Shown one piece after another: positions 39,085 to 46,510 of a stretch of 64,000 nucleotides of DNA; within the stretch, counting starts at the first letter, position 1; every line of letters begins with the position of its first letter. The DNA lies in the IMG/VR virus record IMGVR_UViG_3300035523_000117, positions 11,680 through 75,679 of that record; one strand, written 5' to 3'. This DNA comes from a virus. The notes under the pieces are model-generated. The model saw only the letters and a program-made list of their open reading frames with translations. It ran no database searches and was not told the origin of the DNA. Made by a program: the position numbers and the translations under genes.

Positions 39085-39516
39085 ATGCAAATAAGCAGGG
39101 GCCTAATAAGGGCGGCGGCTCTATCGCTGTTCTTGGTGCCGCTTGTTTCGGTAGGCCTTTGCTTGGCCGCCGACACCGATGAACCGGAGGAGGTGTCGAT
39201 CATTGCAATGATCGCACGCCCTAGGGACTTTGATGGCAAACTTGTGAGAACAATCGGATTTGTGTCTTGTCAATTTGAGGGCACTGCGCTCTTTGTTTCT
39301 CGCGAGGACTGGCTGCATGCTATCTCAAAGAACGGCGTATCGCTCGAAACGCCAGAGGAGCGGTGCAACAGATCCGGCGTGGATTTGAATTACGGCCTCG
39401 TCGAAGGGCGCTTTAGCGCGAGCAACCTTGGGCACAAGTCGGCATTGTCGGGCGCTTTAGCGGTCACCCGGTTGGAGCTTTGGTCGAGAGAGGCGAAGCC
39501 TAGAAACAAGAAGTGA
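39085..39516 (+). CDS. Putative exported immunity protein (OB-fold-like)
   Basis: 11 nt after the Rhs stop; signal peptide; VS.I.MIA.P..FDGK.V..IGF...FEG.ALF pattern. Confidence 0.65.
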   Translation: MQISRGLIRAAALSLFLVPLVSVGLCLAADTDEPEEVSIIAMIARPRDFDGKLVRTIGFVSCQFEGTALFVSREDWLHAISKNGVSLETPEERCNRSGVDLNYGLVEGRFSASNLGHKSALSGALAVTRLELWSREAKPRNKK

Positions 39517-39541
39517 ACTTGAGCCCCGGACCTTAGAGGGC

Positions 39542-42088
39542 ATGAATCCATTTTCGATACGCTTTTCTAGTTACCTCCTAGCTTTCGCTCTCTTTGCGAC
39601 GATCGGGTGCTTTGACCCCAGAGGCGAGCCTGACGCCGGAGGTAACCCCAGAGCGGATGCGACTGAGCGTCGAAATGATTCGGGTGACGAAGTGGAAGAT
39701 GCCGCCGGGGCCGGACCACGCGACGCGGACCGTAGCGACTGGGCCGACGCAGGTGGCGTATTGGAAGACGCCGCTGGGCCTGCACTTCACGATGCGAACG
39801 GAAACGCTCCGGCCGACGCTTCCGCACCGCCCCAGGATGCAGGTGGTCCATGGGACGATGACGCCGGGCATGGTCTACACGATGCTAGCGACAATGCCGC
39901 CGCCGACGCCTCCGAGCCGTTGGATGCAGCCTCGTCGCCGCTCCAGGTGATCACACAGAGTCCTATCGCAGCGATGCTCCAGGCCCCAGTCTCAGTCGAA
40001 CTGCAGGCCGTTGGCGGAGTGCCTCCGTATCGTTGGGCCGTCGCCCCGACCTCCACTCTCCCCGCCGGCTTCCACCTCTCGAGTGATGGCCAACTCAGCG
40101 GTGTCGCGTCGCTCCTGGGCCGCTTCGCCTTCGCGGTCATCGTGACAGATGCCGGCGTGCAGTCAGCCGCGGCGACGCTCGAGCTCGTCGTCGCCAACGT
40201 CGTCACCAACGACGCTTGCAGCACCGCCGCAGAGGTCGTCCTGAGCACCGGCGAGGCCATGCTCGTCGGTACGCTCCTCGGGGCCAGGCCCGACGGGGCC
40301 TCGGAGGCCTGCGGAGGCTCCGCTCAGGTTGCTGACATCTACTACTCGTTCGATGTGGCAGGAACCTCGAACGTGGAATTCTCGGTGTCCGCCCCACACT
40401 TCGCCGCGATCTTCCCCGAAAGCTGCAGTGCGGCCCTCGCGTGCTCCACGAGCACCCGGCAAGCCCTCTCTCCAGGCCGCTACATCCTAGCGGTCGCGGG
40501 CCCGGAGAACGACTTCCAAGTCAACCTGAAGGTGACCGCATTCACGTCCGACTCGTGCGACGACGCGTTCGTGATCGACCTTTCTTCCGGGACCGCCAAG
40601 GTCGCGGGCAGCTTTGCCGGCGCTGCGTCCGACTTCACTTCGAATTGTGGCGCGGGGGCTGACCGCGTCTACTCGTTCGAGCTGACGTCCGCCGCCGATT
40701 TGGTGATCGCCGACGACGCCCCCACGACGAGCCACACGATCAAGTCGGTGCGGAAAGGCCCCTGCGCGAGTTCGAGCGAGATCGCCTGCTCAACGGACGC
40801 CAGGTACGTCATTCGCAATCTCCAACCGGGCCCGTACCAGCTCGTCCTAGCGCCGGGGTCGACCTCGATGCAATACTCGGTTAGCTTGTCGCTGTACTCG
40901 CCGACCCTTCCGCCGGCCAACGATGACTGTGCGTCGGCGACGCCGGCAGTCTTTGTTCATGACGTCGCAACGTTGAGCGGCACCCTCCTCCTGGCGGGTT
41001 ACGAGATGGCACCCTGGTGCGGCGACGCGTACGCCGACGTTTACTTCTCCATCGACCTCATGTCCCCATCAAACCTCGAAATTTGGAAGGGCACCGCCAA
41101 CTTGAGAGTCCAACTCTTGTCCGGGACCTGTGGAAACCCGGTGGAGTTGGCATGCGACTACAACGAAGGTCGAACGTGCAGCTCGGGGCTCCCTCCAGGG
41201 CGCTACTACGTGCGCGTTGCCACCGACTCCGAAAACGGTGCAGGGCCCTTTACGGTTGTAGTCGACCGCAAGGACGTCCCCACGTCGCCCCCGAACCAGA
41301 GTTGCGCGACGGCTCTGCCGATCGCGCTGGCGAGCGGCAAGGCTCAGGTCCGAGGGCTGCTCGCGCTCGCGGGCGACGGGTTCACACCCTCCTGTACAGG
41401 CTCAGTGCCGGAGGCCCTTCACGATGTCGTCTACTCGCTGTCCCTCACCGAGCGCTCCGATGTCGTGCTGTCGCTCGACTCGTTCTGGCCGTTTTTTGAA
41501 CAGTACTCGGTCGTGTTCCTATCCGGCGATTGTCAAGCCCCCATCGAACTCGGCTGTAACGACGGCTATTCGCGCTCCCCGCTCCATCTCTTCAGCATCC
41601 CCACCGGCGACTACTGGGTGGTGGTGCAAGGCGGGATGCGAGAGCCCAATGACTGCTGGGAGGGGGCTTTTGCTCTCGCAGTCACTGCTACCCCTTCGCC
41701 TCCCCCCCCGCCCAACGACAACTGCGGTGCGCCGGCCGTCCTTTCGTTCGCTGGGCCTGGGAGCACAGCCTACATCTCTGGCACGACCTTGGGCGCAGCG
41801 AACGACTACTCGGCGGTGAGTTGCTTCCCGTTGGCTCCTCTCCCAGGGGCCGACGTGGTCTACGCGTTCGATGTCATTTCGCCGGCAGCGCTGCGGGTCT
41901 CCTCTGACACCATCGGGCTCAGGTTCTTCTTGACGGCCGCATGCGGATCTTCGGCCGCCATCGCTTGCAGCACTGGTTCCGAGCCTGCGATCCTCACGAC
42001 CAACCAGCTTCCCGTGGGCAGGTATTACCTAGTGGTCGACACGACCGGCCCCTCTTCCGACTTCCTGCTGGCCGCTCAGACTCAATGA
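39542..42088 (+). CDS. Large surface lipoprotein: DAG-rich linker, putative Ig domain, repeated NDxC..A beta-sandwich (PPC-like) domains
   Basis: TIG-C lipobox; GG.PPY.W...LP.G..L...G; about six Cys-bracketed repeats with D..YSF and PG.YY. Confidence 0.75.
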   Translation: MNPFSIRFSSYLLAFALFATIGCFDPRGEPDAGGNPRADATERRNDSGDEVEDAAGAGPRDADRSDWADAGGVLEDAAGPALHDANGNAPADASAPPQDAGGPWDDDAGHGLHDASDNAAADASEPLDAASSPLQVITQSPIAAMLQAPVSVELQAVGGVPPYRWAVAPTSTLPAGFHLSSDGQLSGVASLLGRFAFAVIVTDAGVQSAAATLELVVANVVTNDACSTAAEVVLSTGEAMLVGTLLGARPDGASEACGGSAQVADIYYSFDVAGTSNVEFSVSAPHFAAIFPESCSAALACSTSTRQALSPGRYILAVAGPENDFQVNLKVTAFTSDSCDDAFVIDLSSGTAKVAGSFAGAASDFTSNCGAGADRVYSFELTSAADLVIADDAPTTSHTIKSVRKGPCASSSEIACSTDARYVIRNLQPGPYQLVLAPGSTSMQYSVSLSLYSPTLPPANDDCASATPAVFVHDVATLSGTLLLAGYEMAPWCGDAYADVYFSIDLMSPSNLEIWKGTANLRVQLLSGTCGNPVELACDYNEGRTCSSGLPPGRYYVRVATDSENGAGPFTVVVDRKDVPTSPPNQSCATALPIALASGKAQVRGLLALAGDGFTPSCTGSVPEALHDVVYSLSLTERSDVVLSLDSFWPFFEQYSVVFLSGDCQAPIELGCNDGYSRSPLHLFSIPTGDYWVVVQGGMREPNDCWEGAFALAVTATPSPPPPPNDNCGAPAVLSFAGPGSTAYISGTTLGAANDYSAVSCFPLAPLPGADVVYAFDVISPAALRVSSDTIGLRFFLTAACGSSAAIACSTGSEPAILTTNQLPVGRYYLVVDTTGPSSDFLLAAQTQ

Positions 42089-42294
42089 CCGCCGTCGTTC
42101 GCACCGCAGACATGGGGGTAACAGGGTTCCGTTTCCCCTCGCGAGCAGTGCTCTCTGCGCCAACCTCGCGTCTTCACAGGGGGATCCGGGCCGAAGATCT
42201 TCCGCCCAAGCCGCCCGGCGTGGTTCGCCCGGTGGGGGTAATGGGGAGCTTCGGTTTCGGAAGCGCGAAAGAAGAGACAGAAAAGTAAACAGTC

Positions 42295-42330
42295 GCCCTC
42301 GGGCCTTCGGGACCGGGGGCTTCTGCTTTT
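42295..42330 (+). terminator. Hairpin with cUUCGg loop and pyrimidine tail
   Basis: GCCCTCGGGCC-TTCG-GGACCGGGGGC followed by TTCTGCTTTT. Confidence 0.55.
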
Positions 42331-42407
42331 CGGCCCTCCTCACGCCACGTTGCGCACGTCAGGTCGGAGCGGCCGGCTCTCTCCGGTTTTGGCCGAGCGC
42401 ATGGTTG

Positions 42408-42476
42408 CCCGCGTGCCACTGGGGAGTGGCACGCGGGGACCCAAGCCTCTCTCTCCGTGGGGGCGGAGAGAGAGGC
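42408..42476. repeat. Two adjacent perfect 13-bp inverted repeats with G-run loops
   Basis: CCCGCGTGCCACT-GGGG-AGTGGCACGCGGG and GCCTCTCTCTCCG-TGGGGG-CGGAGAGAGAGGC, 7 nt apart. Confidence 0.92.
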
Positions 42477-42600
42477 CCGTCGGTTAACAGTCAGAGTGCT
42501 GGTAAACAGTTCGCTGGGCCCCAGAGAGAGCGGATCGCGAACCGCGTCGGCCTGGCCATTCGCCTTCCTTGGCCGGGACACGACGCGCATCCGTGTTGAG

Positions 42601-42828
42601 CTAGCCCTCTTGCTCCGGCATGACGGCAGTGTACTTGCGGATCAGTTCGGCCTCGTGTTCGGAGAGGAGAACGCGTTCTCCATCGACATCGATGAACTTC
42701 TCGCCAGTCTGCTGGTTTTTCTGGACCGTTCCTCGGCCCACGACGAACGTCTGTCTCTTGGCGACTGAGATGCAGACAGTGCCAGGTAGCACGTCTCTAT
42801 CGATGAACTCGACGAACCAGTTGCCCAT
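42601..42828 (-). CDS. Small hypothetical protein
   Basis: 75 aa with GAAGGGAAG upstream; natural-looking composition; downstream of 42860-45808. Confidence 0.5.
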   Translation of the reverse strand: MGNWFVEFIDRDVLPGTVCISVAKRQTFVVGRGTVQKNQQTGEKFIDVDGERVLLSEHEAELIRKYTAVMPEQEG

Positions 42829-42859
42829 GGCGCTTCCCTCCGAAGTTCCACGATGTGGA

Positions 42860-45808
42860 CTACGCCGCCGCGGTGTACGTCGCGCTGCTCTTCACGCCCT
42901 TCATCACGATCTTGCCCGCGGCACGCAGCCGGCGCAGGCCCGAGGCGATGTCCTGCGGGGGCATCTCGATCCGCCCCTGGATGTCGAGCGAGCGCATGCC
43001 GGGGGTGGCCTTCACCAGCTCGAGCAGCTTGGTGTCGTCCTTGGCGACCTCTTTGGGCGTGCGCTTCTTCAACTTGGTGATCTTCGTCCGAGCCTTGCGG
43101 TCTGGGCGGGCCGCCACGGCGACTGCCGGGGCCGAAGCTGCCGGCGCGGGTGAGTGCTTCGCCGGGGCGCTCACCGGCGCGGCAGCACCGCCGAGCGCAC
43201 GTTCCACGACGGCCTGGACCTCGGCGCCAACGCGTTCGCGAAGGTTCTGGGTGACCGCAGCCACGAGCTTCTGGGTGAACTCCTCGATGAGAGGACGTAG
43301 CGCGACTTCGATCGGCTCGGCTTCAGGCATGGGTTGCTCCGGTTCTTCTGCAACGCGTGGAATCGCTGGCACTACCCCGACCTCAGCTGGAGATGAACCC
43401 TGCCGGGCGCCGGGCTCGCACTTCGTCAGGTGGACCGACCGGCCGTGAGCTATTTCCACCAGTGCCGCGCGATCAACGACCCGTGTTCGCGGCCCGGTTC
43501 TGCGGATAAGCCCCGCACTCGCCCATTCGGCGAGGTGCTCGTATACGCAGGTCTTGGATGCCCCAATGTCGAGAGCAATGCGCTTGTACGGCACTGTGAA
43601 TTCGCCCGACTTGTCGCCGGTCATGTCGAGCAATGCAGCGGCAAGGTGCTGTGCAACGTCGCGGTCCAGTGCCGCGAGTGAGCAGAGGTCCATCTCGTCC
43701 AGTACTGCTTGCGTCAGTTCGCGGACGCCATCGGCAGCAACACCGCATCGCACCAGCTCGGTGCGCAATGCATCTACCCGAGGCGGACGTGGCGCACCTG
43801 GATGGGAGCGACCGGTCTGTGCGGCCACTCTTCGTAGCGCCTCGATATCTGGGATCTTCAGCTTGTTGACACTGCCCCATCGCCCGGCGGAGACCAGCAG
43901 TCCTTCGCGCAACCACCTTCTGACCAAAACCGAGACGTGCTGATGGGCCACAGAGATCTTGGGACCAATCTGCGCGAACTTCGCCAGAAACGGCTTGGGC
44001 CTCCTCTTGCTGCTATGGCTGCGCCAACTCAACAGGAGGAGCTCGCGAACGAGACGCTCAGCAGCGCTGGACGATCGCGACCACCGCACCGACGCGCGCA
44101 GCGCAGAAGCGACCACCTCGACTGCGCGGATGGCTGCCTCCCCGTGGACGTCCGCGTTCTCGACCAGCCGGCGTGCGACTTCAGACGGCAGGCGTAGGTC
44201 TTCTCTGTGTTCGGTGGCGGCGGTCGGCGAACCCGCGACAGGCAGGCCCGGCGAGGGCGTTGGGCTGGCCGGCGCCTTCGTGAGGGCGTTCGCGGCGGTG
44301 TCGGCGCCCCGCCCCATGTACCTGCCCTTGCGTGGCGGGGCCTTTTCCGCGGCAGGCGTCGCGCGCCTAGGTTCCCGCAACGAGAGCGTCGCGGTGATCA
44401 GCGTGAAAGCCCCTGTTGCCCGCTCCGCCAGCAGCTTCCCCCGGAGGGTGAAGGCTGCGTCGGGCTTCGTAGCGAGGGTGGCCAGGGCCCTTCTAACTTC
44501 GCCTCCACGGAACTGGACGTCGACATCGCCTTGCCAGCGACGGATGTACAGCTTGGTGGGCGAGTCCTCGAAGTTCAGCAAGGCCGAAGCGGCAAGCGGC
44601 GCGCTCACGGCGAGCCAGTCGACGTGCACGTGGGTCGACCACCGCTGCTGCTTCGCGGAGGCCCCTGCCGCGCTGACCAGCCGCGCTTTGGGGCGCTCGC
44701 CGAGGTGAACCAGGCTCGATGGGTCGGAGCAGCTGAGGCGAGCGTCGTCGATCTCGAAGAACTTGTGGCCCGGAGAGCAACGCAGTGCGCCACGGAGCGT
44801 GAGCTCGGATGAGGTTCGTCGGCCGACCCTCGCCAACGCACGGCGGGAACTCCTGCCGTTCAAGAACGCCGGGATGCCGAAGCGCATGCCCTCGAGGTCG
44901 ACGTACCAGTTGACCTGGTCCGTGCCATAGACGGACTCGGGCGGGATCTCCTTCGCGTCGAGAGGCACCGCGATCTCCAGCCCGCGAACGACGAGGGCCT
45001 GGGGCCCGACGGGCGAGGATGATGTGGTTGGCGGAGATGCCGCAACAGGCGCGGCGGCGTTGTCTGGCGCGCTCGCTGGCGTGTGTTCAGCGAGGGGCGG
45101 CGTCAGGCCGGTGTCCGGAGCGACTGCGTCGGAACAGGTTGTCCCGTCAGTGGGCGTAGGCGCTGGCCTCTGGTCGAAGTAGCCATCCTCGATCTGCAGG
45201 CCGCCAGGCCCCCACGAGAGCCGTCCGGTCAGCACCATGAGTCCAGCGTCGTGCGCGGTCGCCACCTCGGGGATCCCCCCGTCGCGCAGTGCGACCGGGA
45301 TCCGTTCGGGCCAGCCCTCCAATGCCAATCGGCACTCCGAGGTCGGTGCCAGGCCGGCAAGATCCTCGGCGGCTACGGAGGCATTCACGGGCAACCACGC
45401 GAACGTGAGCCGAGCCTCGCCCGCCGAGGGGCCACTGGGACCGCGCGTGGGACGCACGGTCTGCGTCACGCGGACGGACGGAGGCGCCCGCGGCGATAGC
45501 TCTCCGGTGCGCAGTCCAGCACACGTCAGCTCGAGGTCGCGACCGTTGAAGCCGCACCGGAGGGCGCCTTGGAGTTGGACCTCCACGCCACCTTCACGTG
45601 CTGTTTCAAGCGCGACCACTGCTCGGCGGTAGCGCTTGCCGCTGAGTCGCGCCGGGATGGCGAGGTCCTTGCTGCCCTCGAGGTCGATGTTCCAGACGAC
45701 GTCGCGCGCAGTGCCCTCACGTGCGACGACTTCACGAGGGAAGGTGGTCGCTGGGACGACTACCACGACGTTGAGGGCGCGAACGCGAAGCAGATCTGAC
45801 CTTGGCAT
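42860..45808 (-). CDS. 983-aa multidomain nucleic-acid-binding protein: repeated beta domains, two Crp-like wHTH, C-terminal wHTH
   Basis: Internal duplication (WNIDLEG..IPA.L.G..RRA...GALRC vs WYVDLEG..IPA.LNG..RRA...GALRC); two HTH segments; KRTPKEV...LL..VKATPG.R...G.KSSATY C-terminus. Confidence 0.7.
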   Translation of the reverse strand: MPRSDLLRVRALNVVVVVPATTFPREVVAREGTARDVVWNIDLEGSKDLAIPARLSGKRYRRAVVALETAREGGVEVQLQGALRCGFNGRDLELTCAGLRTGELSPRAPPSVRVTQTVRPTRGPSGPSAGEARLTFAWLPVNASVAAEDLAGLAPTSECRLALEGWPERIPVALRDGGIPEVATAHDAGLMVLTGRLSWGPGGLQIEDGYFDQRPAPTPTDGTTCSDAVAPDTGLTPPLAEHTPASAPDNAAAPVAASPPTTSSSPVGPQALVVRGLEIAVPLDAKEIPPESVYGTDQVNWYVDLEGMRFGIPAFLNGRSSRRALARVGRRTSSELTLRGALRCSPGHKFFEIDDARLSCSDPSSLVHLGERPKARLVSAAGASAKQQRWSTHVHVDWLAVSAPLAASALLNFEDSPTKLYIRRWQGDVDVQFRGGEVRRALATLATKPDAAFTLRGKLLAERATGAFTLITATLSLREPRRATPAAEKAPPRKGRYMGRGADTAANALTKAPASPTPSPGLPVAGSPTAATEHREDLRLPSEVARRLVENADVHGEAAIRAVEVVASALRASVRWSRSSSAAERLVRELLLLSWRSHSSKRRPKPFLAKFAQIGPKISVAHQHVSVLVRRWLREGLLVSAGRWGSVNKLKIPDIEALRRVAAQTGRSHPGAPRPPRVDALRTELVRCGVAADGVRELTQAVLDEMDLCSLAALDRDVAQHLAAALLDMTGDKSGEFTVPYKRIALDIGASKTCVYEHLAEWASAGLIRRTGPRTRVVDRAALVEIAHGRSVHLTKCEPGARQGSSPAEVGVVPAIPRVAEEPEQPMPEAEPIEVALRPLIEEFTQKLVAAVTQNLRERVGAEVQAVVERALGGAAAPVSAPAKHSPAPAASAPAVAVAARPDRKARTKITKLKKRTPKEVAKDDTKLLELVKATPGMRSLDIQGRIEMPPQDIASGLRRLRAAGKIVMKGVKSSATYTAAA

Positions 45809-45924
45809 GAATTGCTGAGGAATACCGTCAGGCACACGCCGCTGGCAGGCGCTACATCGGGTAGGGCAGAGCAAGCCCATTCACTCTCGTGTAGCGCCTG
45901 CGCCGGTATTGGACACGAGTGCAA

Positions 45925-46491
45925 CTATCCCCCTGCATCGGGCTCCTCTCCGCCATCTAGAAGACCGGCGTCTGGCACAACGTTGGGCCTAAGCTTGGCC
46001 GGACACTGACCGTACGGAGCGACGTTCGATTCCGCCGCTGGGGATCTACATTCCGGCTTCGGCGAATAGAGCGCATCTCTGGACATCGTGATCTCCAGCA
46101 CTTGCCCTTTGGGCACGCCTTCGTTCGAGACTACCTTGATGTTCTTCGGCGAGTATCCAACCGCTTTGGCCGTAATCACGACCGTCGCACCACTAGAGCA
46201 GACCGAGCCGGATGGCACCTGGATCGCGAATCCCCAGCAGCAAGAAAACGTGTCGTTGCCGCAGGCCTCACACAATGAATCCTGTGGCGCACACACCCTC
46301 CAGCCCCAGGGGTCGGTTCGCGCCAATCCACTACAGCCTTCGGCGTCGAATTCCAGACACGCTTCCGAGATCCGGCGCCCGTCCAGCTCGTCTACCAGCG
46401 CGAGATTGGCGATCGTGCGATTCTGAGGTGTTTCAGGAATGCAGCACGTAAGCGTCATTGCCGCGAACAGAAAAGATGGAAGCGCACGCAT
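45925..46491 (-). CDS. Cys-rich putative lipoprotein
   Basis: LT-C-C after hydrophobic stretch; PDAG C-terminus; 19 nt downstream of the S8 gene. Confidence 0.6.
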   Translation of the reverse strand: MRALPSFLFAAMTLTCCIPETPQNRTIANLALVDELDGRRISEACLEFDAEGCSGLARTDPWGWRVCAPQDSLCEACGNDTFSCCWGFAIQVPSGSVCSSGATVVITAKAVGYSPKNIKVVSNEGVPKGQVLEITMSRDALYSPKPECRSPAAESNVAPYGQCPAKLRPNVVPDAGLLDGGEEPDAGG

Positions 46492-46510
46492 GGCTTGCAA
46501 CCTCCCGCTC

